Origin: Nitrosopumilaceae archaeon
GTDB taxonomy: Archaea; Thermoproteota; Nitrososphaeria; Nitrososphaerales; Nitrosopumilaceae
Assembly: GCA_965214835.1 (NCBI GenBank)
Contig: CBDCCK010000002.1
Coordinates: 2,336,001-2,400,000 of the forward strand
DNA: 64,000 nt
Reading direction: 5' to 3'
Shown: positions 48,680 through 60,643 of the stretch, piece by piece
Position numbering within the stretch: position 1 is the first letter of the stretch
Layout of the letters: every line of letters begins with the position of its first letter
Program-made: the position numbers and the translations under genes
The notes under the pieces: model-generated
Seen by the model: the letters and a program-made list of their open reading frames with translations, nothing else
Told to the model about the DNA's origin: nothing
Database searches by the model: none

Positions 48680-51600
48680 AATTTCTACATGAAAGGCATG
48701 GATGTGCCACATGCTGCAAGCTTTAGCAACGCTGATCCATTTATCTTATAAGGATTCAAACAAAGGTTAGAAACATGCGTAGCGCAACAGCACGAAAAAT
48801 AGCCGGTCTTGTGCTAATGGCATCCATGGCTGCATGTGTGGTGTCCATTGGCATCCCCGGCGTAATGCCGGCAGCAGCACAATACCTTGGAAACGTCGGC
48901 GACGTAGATCCACCGGAATACGGCATTGGGGGATTGATGATCGGTGGTGCTGGAGAGGCACCCGTTAACCTGCTTGTCTCCGCAGTAAACTCGCAGTCTA
49001 ACAGCTATGTTGCAGGACCTCAGGTAATAGAGGTAATAGTCGATGATCCGGGCATCTCAGATACAGACGAGGGAGAGGGCGAGCCGGACGTCGAGATAAA
49101 CGGCAGCGACCTGAGAATGGTTCAGGCCACCGACGGCAGGTGGTACGCCTACTTTGCAAGCCTTGAGCATGCGCGTACAGCTGACGGCACAACCCTGACA
49201 CCGGGAAAAGGATTGGACTATGGCTCGTTCTGTAGCTCTGACACTGCAATCCTGGGATCGGGGGTAGCCGGCTCTGACGGCATCGCAATACCGATAGCGG
49301 GGGGTGCCAATGGTGATGATGCCATGAATGACTGCTCCGGTCTTGCTGCTGATGGCAGCTCTGTGAGCATCAACAACGTAGTCAGGCGGGCAAAGGCAGT
49401 AAACGAGAATTCCGGCGCAAACGGAATCGGCCAGATCGGCTTGGCACATGAGAGCCTGTGGCCCTTCATCCAGCTCTACACATTCAGCCCGGCCGATAGC
49501 ATCATTATCGATTATAACCGAGTCCGATCAACGACACTTGTCTTTGATGCCGTTGAGGGATTTGCCGACATGGAGCTTGACAGGGCAGTCTATCCCCCGG
49601 GTTCGCACGTCCACGTAACGGTAACCGATGCGTGGCTAAACATCGACCCGACAGACGAGGACTCGTGGACTTGGGAGACCGCCGGTCCCAATGAGGGGGA
49701 TGCATACTATGACGTCTTTGGGGCAGGCAATGCTGGGGTACCCGACGGCATTGGTGCTGATGGCACCCTGCTTGTCAATCCAATAACCTCTGACGACGAC
49801 CTCATGCAGGGGGCTGCCGTCTTGCTGCTGGATGCTAGCACGCAGGGCAGCACGGTTATGGAACTTCGGGGAAACCGCAACGCCATGATGGCGGTTCCGG
49901 GACTTGAGCGGCCGGTAACCCTTACAGAGCAGGGCCAAAACAGCGGCACGTTCGGGACATATGACGAGTCAGATGACTCACTTCTTGTGGTTGCCGACGA
50001 TGCACGCAGGGGTGACTCTGCCACCATCCGCTACAGCGACGACCCGCGCACGGTTCTTGTAGGGTTTGGGTCTGCAACGCTTGACATCTTGCCAGTAGAC
50101 GGGGGCCGGGGTTCCGGCAGGGAGGTTGAAGTGGTACTGGTCGACGGCGATGCAAACAAGAACAGCAGGGTAGTGGAGAATCTGCTTCTGTCCGATCCGA
50201 GCACTGCACTGATACCAAGCCTTGTGACCGGAGACCCGTTCACACTGGGCGAGGGTGATGACCCCGGGGCATTCCTGATCCGGGATTCTCTTGCAAGCGA
50301 TGCAGGCATGGCCGGTCTTGAGGTTCAGCCGCTCAGCGAGAGGGCAATTGTCTCAATTGTCTCGGCGATGGATGGCTCCATGGTAAATGCCTCTGGACTG
50401 CTAATTGACCTGGATACTACCATGGCAGAGCTACGCGAGACAATCCAGTACTCAGACACAACAGGCTGGAGTACTGACTTTAAGGGATACAACCTGCTCA
50501 ACTATGACGTTGATTCGCTTACTGACTATAATGCTGTAGACAACATTGAGATAAAATTGGTCAAAGTTGGCGACTCTTCACCCGGATACGCCAGTCCTGT
50601 CACGCTGGCCACAGGCAGCCATGGCCTGGTAAACCTGAGTCTTGACTCTGTCAATGACCATCTGTTCAACGCAACATTCGATGACTCTGACAGCATAGGA
50701 ATACTGTACACCTGGAGTCCGACCCAAATAAGCGAGGGAGACTATCCGATAGTCACCGACTTTTTCTCATTTGGATTCAACGATGACGGAGACCGGGCAT
50801 CCGAACGGGTCGCCAACCAGATAATCCGATTCGAGATGCAGGAACATGATCACAACTCTGATGCCTTCGTGGCTGATCTAGGGCATGTAGTGGTCAACCA
50901 GCTCAACATCCTTGACGAATCAACGTACGAGACGTACCCGATCTCCGATGACCCGAGCTTCGTCGTAGTCGAGGATCTCACCGGCGAGGACTCGCCGAGG
51001 ATAGACTATCTTGACCTAGGAGCCGACGGCGTCTCCACGCAAATCGCCGAACGGCGGGCGGTACCATCCCATTCGGGAGTCGTGTCATTTGACTCGGACA
51101 CCTACAAGGTTGCAGACACGGTCACAGTCAGGCTTGACGATGCCGACATGAACGCAGATGGTAGTGTCATCGACATCTTTACGGTGGTCAAAGTAGAGGA
51201 TGATCCGGCATTTGACATGGTAGGCGTACCGGGTCTCCCAGAGCTTGCATTCGGTCCGCTTGGAGGGCTGCTGGAGATCACGTTTGATGACCAGCGGTGG
51301 CTTGACTCCCAAGCTGGTGCTGTCAGATGTAACGACAGCTTTGACGGTGATGACGGCTTGGGCGCAACGGGAATTCGCATGATTGAGACAGGAGCAGACT
51401 CCGGCACCTTCGTCGGCTACTTTCAGATCCCGACCGAATACTGTGCAAGATCAGACAGCACTGCAGAATGGGCATCCGTAGTCGGCACCGACATTGAGGT
51501 CAACTATGTCGACTTTATGGACGCATCTGGCAAAACCATCGAGGTCGGTGATTCGGCAAGCATCAGAGCATACACCGGCACCGTAAGCCTTGACAGGACG

Positions 51601-52574
51601 GTCTATCCGATCCCGTGGGGGCTTCAGTTCGACGACGGCTCGATATTCCCACTGCACGCAACGGCCATCGACGGCAGCGTAGATCGGGAGGATGAGACGC
51701 TGGGTGAAGGCGTTCTTACGATATACGCAAGAGTATCCGACCAGGATTTTAATGTCTCGGCCTCATATGAGGACGTAATCGAAACCGATGTTTCCACTGT
51801 TGGCGGAACCGGTGTCGGTCCTGTAAGGATCACGGTCTCAAGAGGCGGTGAGAGTGCGGTAATCGCATATGCGGGAGGCAAAACGCCTGGCAATGACTTT
51901 GAGCTCAACGGCCGCATGGTCCAAGACCTTGGGCCGATCTCGGAGATCTCACCCGATGCGGGAGTCTTCGAGCTTGACTTTACCATGAGATTTGACGACG
52001 GCCCGGAAGACAGCGACTGTCCGACGACGGCCACCGGCGGATGCATCCTGCGGGGGGATATCCTTACCGTAGAGTATGTCGATCCGACCGATGTGGCAGG
52101 TGATCCGGGTATTGCTGCCGACTCGGCGATATTTGATCTCAGAGACGGCGCGCTCCGGTCAGACAAGCTAGTCTACATCATAGGCAGCAACATGATCCTG
52201 ACTGTCATCGAGCCGGATTGGAACCTTGACGGTGACGCAGCAGAGACATATGATCTGGACGTCCTGGGATGGGACTCTGGTGCGACAACTACTACCATGG
52301 GGGACAGAGGCATTGATGCGGCAGCATTTGATCCTGAGCCGGCCTACCTGTGGGAGACCGGTGATGGCACTGGAATATTCCAGGTCATAGTCAAGATTCC
52401 TGCCATTCTAGCCGGTGACCGTCTAGGAAGGGGCGAGCAGGTTGTCTTGGAATACATCGACTGGGGCCCGTCCAGAGCAGGTTATGTCGGAGAGGATGGC
52501 GAGGCCATTGGCCTAGACTTGTTCACGTCCATCTTTGGCGCCACCGTAGAGCTTGACCAGAAGGTCTATACCTG

Positions 52575-53659
52575 AGAAGCGATTCTTAATTAGCAGATTT
52601 TGACCCACTTGGGCACTAATCTATGCCTGACGGATCAAAATACCTGTAAAACCATGTACAAATCATGTGTTTGATCGATAGACTGACAAAAAACCCACGG
52701 ACGTTCCGGATGCTTGTAGGAATGACCGAGGCAGAGTTTGACCAGCTGTGTACCGAGGTGCAAAAGAAATTTCCAGATACCGAGAAGAAGAGGCTCTCAA
52801 GGCCCGACCGTGTGCGGGATATAGGCGCAGGCAGGCCCTTTGCCCTGGATCTGAGGAACCGCGTACTGCTGGTCTTGTTCTACTACAGGACGTACGTCTC
52901 CCAGGACGTGGCTGGCGCCATGTTCGGTATAGGACAGGCGTCGGTCTCGCGCTCCATAAGCCTGACTGAGCCCCTGCTAAAACAATGCCTGCCGATCCCC
53001 GAGAAGATTTACAAGGACTCCAAGAGGATCTCCTCAGTCGAGGAGCTGGCCGAGATCTTCCCGGGGATGGTGTGCCTGACTGACGCCTCCGAGCAGCCCA
53101 CAAACAGGCCCAAGAGAAAGGACATGGAAAAGTCGCACTATTCGGGCAAGGCAGGCACGCACACGGCCAAGGTCCAGTATACGGTCAACATACACGGTGC
53201 CATAGTGCACAAGACCCCGCACTCGCCGGGGCGCGTAAACGACGTCAAGATATACCAGATGAAGCATCCCACGTTCTGGAGCGGTGAGGAGGACGGCGAG
53301 GAGCTGCGGCACTATATGGATCGCGGATACCAGGGTGCGCAGCACATCGATGCAGGGACGAAGGTTATACTTCCAATCAAGAAGAGTCCTGGCGGCAAGC
53401 TGACCGACGATGAAAAAGAGTACAACAGAACACACTCAAAGATACGGGTGTACGTGGAGAATGGCATACGCAGGGTCAAGACATTCAAGATAATGAGCTA
53501 CAAGTACAGAAACAGGCTCAGAAAGTACGATCTGGCCAACAGTATCGTGTGCGGGCTGGTCAACCTGAGGATACTGGAACGGATAGCCGCTGTGGCCTGA
53601 AAAACACGGCAGAAAACAACTGCAACCTGCCACTCGTAATTTAATTACGGATTGCTTCT
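52575..53659 (+). mobile_element. IS5-family element, copy 2
   Basis: Same 1085-bp element as 1497-2581; TSD ctg. Confidence 0.95.
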
Positions 53660-55094
53660 CTGGACCGACAAGGTTCACATTACCGTATTTGCACCCGAGC
53701 ACAACAGCGACGGCTACCTCATTGATGAGATAGGCAGGGACGCACTCGATCCAGTCAGGGTCGCCACCAGGGGACATGAGCTTGGCCAATACAGGCTGGT
53801 CGAGACCGGCACTGATACCGGCGTATTTTCAGGCGCGGTAACCCTTACCGGGTTCGCATACGATGCAGACAGCAACGAGCAGACCGGAGACGAGAACGGC
53901 CATGACGCCAACCCGAGAACCGGCGACTTTGCAGGAGGCGGAAGGGACGGCCTGGGCCCGACCGACGGATTCCTGCAATCCGGTGATGACGACGTCATTA
54001 CGGTCTCCTTTGAATCGTCAGGGGACAAACCCGTGTTCAGCTCTGCATTGATCCAGTGGAACATCGGCGAGGTAACTTGGCTGGATGCAGGCCATCTGAC
54101 AGGCGGAAAAGGCGTGTTGCAGGTGGTAGACCCGGACATGAACCTGAACCCAGAGTCAGTCGACAGCTTTGGCGTCGACGTCTGGTCGGATTCAGACTCT
54201 GGCGGCATTGACCTGATCGTAACTGAAACCGGCGAGGCAACCGGCATCTTCGAAGGTACGGTATTCTTTACTGCCGTTGACAAGTCATACGGCCACGTAC
54301 TCAGGGTTTCAGAGGGCGATGCGGTCACCGGGGAGTACGAGGACAATACCCTGCCCGGCCCATACACGGCTGCAGATGGGCTAAGCATTTTTGCAACCAT
54401 GACCGGAGCGATCGTGCCATCCCTGGAAGGAGCACGTCTCTTTGAGCCCTTTGACAGCCTTGAGGCGTGGATTGAGGAGGGCGAGGTAGACTGGCGCGTG
54501 GGGCCCCCAAAGGAGGGCGGCCACCCGCCGGGCCACTCTGCGGCAGCAAACACGGTGGCAAAGGCAGACAACTGTGACTCCGAATGCAGGTTGGTCCTCT
54601 CAGACGGGCTGGATCTGACCGGGTACGACTCGGCTGTCATGACGCTCTACAGGTACGTCGATGACGACCTTGACGGCGGGGAGTACCTCAGGGTGGACGT
54701 CTCAGACGATGGTGGGGCAAGCTGGACTAGTGCATACGACTGGCAGGGGGGCCGGGACGACGATGACACGTGGATCCGGCACACGCTGGATCTGGCAGAT
54801 CATCTGGCATCAAGTGACTTTAAGGTGAGGCTGGCAGCAAAGGCGTCCCTATCGTCGGAGGATATGATGATCGATACCCTGATCATAGATGGTGTGGTGT
54901 CGGGCAGAACAGCTGCAGCCAGCGTCGGATTCGGAGAAGGTTCCGGATCATCACAGGCCTGTGCAGAAACAAACGATTGCTTTGTGCCAGAAACTGTCAC
55001 CATTGATGCCGGCAGAAAGGTCGTATGGGTTAACAGTGATACTACACACCATACAGTATATTCGGGCACGTTTAAGGATTTGAGACCTGGCACT

Positions 55095-56809
55095 GTAATA
55101 GGTTAGCCCCTGCCTAGTTGATTTTTTCTGACCACCTGATCTATAAACTATCATTACCCGGGAAATACATGCCTACAGCCTCGGAATTCAAGGAACTATG
55201 CAATGAGCTTGCCCGCGAAAAAGCGGAACTTCAGAAGGAGCAGAAGGAACATCAGAGGACGCAAGGCAAGCTTCAGAAGGAGCAGAAGGAACATCAGAGG
55301 ACGCAAGGCAAGCTTCAGAAGGAGCAGAAGGAACATCAGAGGACACGGGAGGAGCTTGCCGCTGAGAAGGCGGGACGCAAATCTGACAATGCCGTCTCTG
55401 CCGCGCAAATCGCGACGCAGACAGCACAAATCAAGCAGTTCAAACAACGCATCACATATTATGAGAACCCGCACAGCCCCTCCTCGCAGAACTCGATTCC
55501 GACCAGGCAGAAAAAGGCAGCAGCCGCGGCAGGGGCATCTGGAAGGGCACCTACAAGGCCGGGCCGCAGGCCCGGACACGAGGGCATATCACACAGGAGA
55601 ACACCGACCCGGGAAATGAACCACGTGCCTGACATGTGCGGCGCGTGCAACGGGCGCGACCTGACAGATCCGGTTCCCGCCGGAACTAGGATGGCTACTG
55701 ACATTCCAGAGATCCCAGAGCCGGTCACGACACAGCACTACTTTACCCGCCGCAAGTGCCGCAAGTGCGGCGCCATCACCACGACAAACGGGGGGCGGGC
55801 TGGTCGTTCCGGGCACCGAGTTTGGACCCAACATTGCCTCCTATATCGGCACCCTGTACACCATGCCGGCATCCGTCGGCTCGATCAGGCGCATCGTAAA
55901 GGAGATCTTTAAAATTGATGTAAGCAAGGCGATGATACAGAACTGCCTCAAGACCGTTACAAAGAAGCTTGATCCGTGCGTGGAGGACATCAAAAAAGAC
56001 ATTGCAGGATGCGACCACGTCCACATGGACGAGACGGGGATGCCATACGACGGCAAGAGCGGCTACATGTGGGTGGCAGTGGGAGTCAAGGACGGCAATG
56101 CCGTCGGCGCGCACATGGTGGCAACTGACAGCAGGAGGGCATCCGTACTGGATGAGCACTTTTCATACGTGCCCAGAGTCGGGGTGACTGACGGATACCC
56201 CGGATACGACAAGTTCTTTGGCAGGAACAGGCAGCGGTGCTGGGCCCACATAATCCGGGAGGCAGATGCCCAAAGCGAGAAAACGGACTCCCCGGAGGTT
56301 CGCGCCGCAGGCGAGCGCCTCAAGTGGCAGATGCATTGCGCCAAGGGGCCGGGGCCGCCGGAGGAGGCTGCCAGGCAGCACGACAGTCGGGTGGCAGAAA
56401 CACGCGAGATTGCCGCCACATACAGGAAGGAAGGATGTGACAGCTGTGCCACAAAGATTGACAACGCCTCGGAGTTTCTCTACACGTTTACGACGCGTCC
56501 TAGGATGGATCCCACCAACAACCTGGCAGAGCGCACGCTGAGGCCCGGCGTGATCGCGCGCAAGATACGGTTCGGACTGCGGACAAAAGACGGACAGAAG
56601 ATGTTCGGTAACATGTTGACGTGCATCGAGACATGGCGCCTCCGGGGGTGCAACGTTACGGACATGATCAGGGACGCGCTGGTCAGAAACCCCGGGTACG
56701 TGGTCGTCTGCCCCTAGCAATCCTGCACTAATCTGCCTGCAGTTGTGATTTTCATGCCTGAAAAGACGGTGGGTGTGACTTTAACTCTAGGCAGGGGCTA
56801 ACCTATTAC
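55095..56809 (+). mobile_element. IS66-family element, copy of 37873-39628, frameshifted
   Basis: TSD ctggcact; one fewer 42-bp repeat; G6 instead of G5 at 55790-55795. Confidence 0.95.
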
Positions 56810-57022
56810 CTGGCACTTTTGGTACTAGCTGGCCAGATGGTGCAGGTGCTGTTGGAAGCATAGGATTCCAAAGCTCGTTTATGGATACGGGAGATGTGTT
56901 CAGACACACGTTTGATGCTCCCGGAGAATATCCGTATTTCTGCATCCTTCATCCTTGGATGGCAGGCACTGTCATTGTAGAAGGCAAATAAACCCATGAC
57001 GAAGACGGACATGTGGATCTGG

Positions 57023-57137
57023 TGTAATGGGATGGCCCCTGCCTAGGTGGCAATCAGGCATACATTTGCCTGCAGTTGTGATTTTCATGCTTGGTCGGCA
57101 AGGGACATGACACCAACTCTGCCTAGACCCACTGTTA
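57023..57137. mobile_element. MITE, same family as 8850-8967
   Basis: gtaatgggatggcccctgcctagg...cccactgttac. Confidence 0.75.
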
Positions 57138-57331
57138 CATCCTTTACAACTCCCCTCAAATTGGTGCGACCTAATTTTCGTACAATACATTTCATGTGTG
57201 GCTGGCCAAAGACGTCCCGTTCTGCGTCTGAAACTGCCCACATTTAGGGGGCAGACGGGCAGTCTGTGGGAAAAATTGGGCAGCCACACCTTTGGGGCAA
57301 GTCTTATTACTTTCAAGAGGTGGCTGTTGTC

Positions 57332-57718
57332 ATGGTTAAAACCCCTTCTGACAAATGGCAGGCCAACATCGTAAAGCTCAGGAAAGACTGCCAGAGCGTC
57401 TCAAAGCTGTCTAAAAAAATACGCTATGTTGGGGTCATCAACAAGTATGGTAGAACACTGACCGGGATTCTGCGCCCGGGTACAAAGCCACTGCTAAGCT
57501 CCGAGCACACCAAAAACGAGTTCTTTCTGATCTCCAGCCTGCTCCACATGAGAAACGAGTCTGTACGGCCCATTGGAAGGCTTGATCACATCACACTCCA
57601 GCATGAAAAGGTGTACATCGTGCTGTTGCAAAAAAAGAGCCATGTCTATTATATCTCAATTGACGTGGACGTTAGGAACATATCCAAACTGATCCTGAAA
57701 ATAAAAAAGAAGATATGA
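57332..57718 (+). CDS. conserved thaumarchaeal hypothetical protein (roadblock-like)
   Basis: KIRYVGVINKYGR...G..PLL pattern. Confidence 0.75.
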   Translation: MVKTPSDKWQANIVKLRKDCQSVSKLSKKIRYVGVINKYGRTLTGILRPGTKPLLSSEHTKNEFFLISSLLHMRNESVRPIGRLDHITLQHEKVYIVLLQKKSHVYYISIDVDVRNISKLILKIKKKI

Positions 57719-57719
57719 A

Positions 57720-58040
57720 AAGTGTGGATTGGGGGGTCCTGTATGACAAATACAAGGATGCTCAGCTGGGCACCGATAAGATTGAGGGGGAGATACAGAA
57801 ATTGATTCTGGATGATGATGTGACCAAGAAGAGTGGGGTTTGCCCGTATATCCTCACGTGAGATGAAAAACATCTCTCAATCCGTGTATTTACGGAAGAT
57901 ATGAAGCAGAAATCCTACACATTACAGAATGGCAAATGCAGGAATTGTGATGAATGTTTTGACAGATCTGATATGGAGGCAGACCACATCATACCTTGCC
58001 AAAGGCAGAAGAGCAACCGTAGAAAACTGTCAGATGCTTT
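57720..58040 (+). pseudogene. HNH endonuclease C-terminal remnant
   Basis: QNGKCRNC...MEADHIIP...ENCQMLCK across frameshifts. Confidence 0.65.
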
Positions 58041-58348
58041 GTAAAGCATCTTGAACAGGCGCGCAAAAAGTGGGGAGAGGTTCTGATGGTGATGGACAAC
58101 GCAATACAGCACAAGACCGGCAAAGTTTGCAGATACCTAAAGAAAAATCCCAGCGTTGTCTTGCTGTACCTGCAGGTGGCAGACCGGAGCTGAGCGCCAT
58201 AGAGACAGTCTGGAAGGATGCCAAGTACAGGCTGGTCACATCTGTCTTTTACGACACGCTAGAGCACCTCAAAGAGGCCGTTTTGGAATACTTTAGGACG
58301 CGTTCCATCGAGGTTGACATCTACAAATATCTTGAGCGCAGCGTGTGA
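58041..58348 (+). pseudogene. IS630 transposase C-terminal remnant
   Basis: RPELSAIETVWKDAK. Confidence 0.75.
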
Positions 58349-58424
58349 GGAAGGCGAAATTTTCAATGATCATCAGCATAGGCTAATGTGCCTGCTGCTA
58401 GATGAGGAATTAACAAAAAAGTCT

Positions 58425-58531
58425 GTAACAGGCTGGGCTCTGGAAGTTCAGGCATGAATTTTACTGCCAGAGACCCTCGCAGATGTAATTCGTGTCTAAA
58501 ATCGTAAATCACTTCGAGTCCGAGCTGTTAC
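58425..58531. mobile_element. MITE with GTAACAG ends
   Basis: TIRs plus near-TSD aaaagtct/aaaaatct. Confidence 0.85.
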
Positions 58532-58558
58532 AAAAATCTTAACTTCATATGCAGTCTT

Positions 58559-59664
58559 TGTTTCATGTGAAAATTAGTTCCGCCCCTCATTAGTATCCTT
58601 TTCCATCCATTTGGGGTCGCTTTTCCTGATCGCTTCTGTGGCCTCCCGGCTCCGGAACGCCATCCTAGGCGTCTTGGCACGCCCCATATCCGGCGACCAG
58701 TGCGTCCTGCGCTCGTTGTAGAACTCGATGAACTCGTCGATGCTCTAAGTGCGTCAGCTCCCTCTCAAGCGTCCCAAACTACCTCTCCAGCTTGCCGTTG
58801 GTCTGGGGGTGATGCGGACGCGAGTTGAGCAGGACGATGTTGTGCTCCAGTAGTTCGTTCTCAAACAGCGTGGGCGTCCAGCTGCCCCGGGGGGTGCCGC
58901 GCCTGGTAGACGTAAAGCAGCTGTCGTTGTCAGAGAGTATCTGGGCCGTCGTCCCGAATTGCCTGATGGCATTGCGCAGCACTAGGCCCGGTGCAATTTC
59001 CCCGCTGTCCAGTCTGCCGGCGTCCCGAATTGCCTGATGGCATTGCGCAGCACCAGGACTGCGTTCTCCGAGGTCGCGTGCTCAAAGACGCCGAATCCGG
59101 TTATGCACCGCGAGGAGTCGTCAAGATATGCCTGCCAGGTTGAGCTTTTCTAGGCGTGGATCCTTCATTTCGTGTCAGTATGTGTGCCACATTGCGTTTG
59201 AGTACCTGCGCTCGTAGCGCAGCCATTTGAGCTGCCTGGATCTTCCGGGCGAGCTGTCCGTGATTCCCTCGGCCTTCATGATCCTGTATACTGCATGATA
59301 GCTTGTCTGCCTGCCTGCGGCCCTCATGCGCAATGCCAGCCGCTCTGCACCCGACGGCATCTGTGTATATGCATCAAGGACCGCCTTCACATCCCCGGGA
59401 TCCGTGTCCACGCCGGGCCTTCCTGCCCCGCTCCGTGGCAGGATCGTGCCGGAGCTGCGGAACCTGGCCCATATCTTCCTGACGTACCTGTCGCTGATGC
59501 CCAGCTCCCGGGCTATCTGCCTTGCAGACACGCCCTTTTTCCTCTGCCTTTCTATGTACCTGAGCGACTTTTCCTCCAGTCTTTTCCTCGCATTTTTTGA
59601 TCGGTACAGCCTGAAATAATCCCAAGTACGCCTGATTAGGCGGAACTAATTTTCGTATGATAGA
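58559..59664 (-). mobile_element. IS481-family element, pseudogenised
   Basis: TIR gaaaattagttccgcc; 15-bp flanking direct repeat ttcatatgcagtctt; homologous to 12012-12908. Confidence 0.9.
58950..59057. repeat. 37-bp duplication (1 mismatch) around a 34-bp insert (unit F)
   Basis: cgtcccgaattgcctgatggcattgcgcagcacYagg at 58950-58986 and 59021-59057. Confidence 0.93.
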
Positions 59665-59672
59665 TTCATATG

Positions 59673-59794
59673 CAGTCTTCCAAGAAGTAACCAGACTCGT
59701 GGCGATGCAGGTGGTTACATGCGGATCTGTAGGCGATCCATCTTGAGTTGTTTCAAGTTTGGAACCACCCTCTGGGGAACTTCTGGGAAGACTG
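59673..59794. mobile_element. MITE, same family as 36310-36429
   Basis: cagtcttccaagaagt...acttctgggaagactg. Confidence 0.8.
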
Positions 59795-60068
59795 AGGGAC
59801 GAGATATGCCAAAATAGGGGAGTGCAGGGCCAAGACCCGGACTACCGATCTGGCAGCCAAGATGCTGTGCTTTTACTATTCGATGGTGGTGCTGTTTAAT
59901 GAGTGGATGATTGCCAGGACGCTGCCCTGCGATAGTTCCGGGATGCAGAACGTCATGGTAATGCTGGCATTCTAGGAATACATGACGGTTTATCTCAGGG
60001 AGCCCAAACCCCCTCCATGACGCCAGATCTGTTGCACCTTTCATTTGTATGAGATCAGTAAAAAACAA

Positions 60069-60606
60069 TTAAGACTCTGCGGTGCAGCAGCTCCTGTGTA
60101 TGAGGTACAGTCCCGATATGAGAAATGGGAGACTGTACAGGGTCAAAAAAATTACGTTATCATAAAATGCCGGTGGTGGGACTATCAGATCTCCGGAGGG
60201 ATCTCGTATCATGCCGCCGCCAAATATAGTTATGAAGGCCGCTACAGTTCTAGTGTGAAATATCCCCGATGGAAAGATCAGCACTATGCCGACGATTGTT
60301 TTTTTATTCATGAAAAAAGATGTCTCCGTCCTGGATTTCTCCAGCACCCCGTCGCCGACTGCGACACTGAACATGTCGTTGACCAGGCTGCTCTGGGGCT
60401 GCTCACAGATGCCACCTCTGAACTCGTCGCGGTACATGTCGCAGTATTCCACCGGCAGGATCTCCATTCCGAGTGTCAAACTTTGAGAGCATCCTGTCTA
60501 GGTGCTCGGAATGATCATGCCTGTCGCGGACCTCCTGGAATGGGACGACCACCCGGTAATACGATTTTATGCTGCCTACCATGACATGTCTACGCATCAA
60601 CATCAT
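60069..60606 (-). pseudogene. probable membrane protein, frameshifted
   Basis: 60069-60479 has hydrophobic segments; the upstream part is in another frame. Confidence 0.4.
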
Positions 60607-60643
60607 TAATTAATAGCGCGTTAAGTGAAAATAAAAAAGGCGA

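Larger units (their letters stand above)
48775..56991 (+). pseudogene. thaumarchaeal S-layer-type protein with C-terminal cupredoxin, split by IS5 and IS66
   Basis: LLVSA...AGPQVIEV...LRMVQATDGRWYAYFA and repeated ETG..G.F; 48775-52574, 53663-55094 and 56818-56991 join in frame (1801 aa) ending YFCILHPWMAGTVIVEGK. Confidence 0.9.

Noticed and set aside
57720-58040. HNH remnant as an active defence or Cas nuclease
   Set aside because: Short, multiply frameshifted and truncated by an IS630 fragment.
271-59057. Calling the six duplication units canonical CRISPR arrays
   Set aside because: Each has only two repeats, the repeats differ between loci, four are host coding sequence, and no leader or cas gene is visible.
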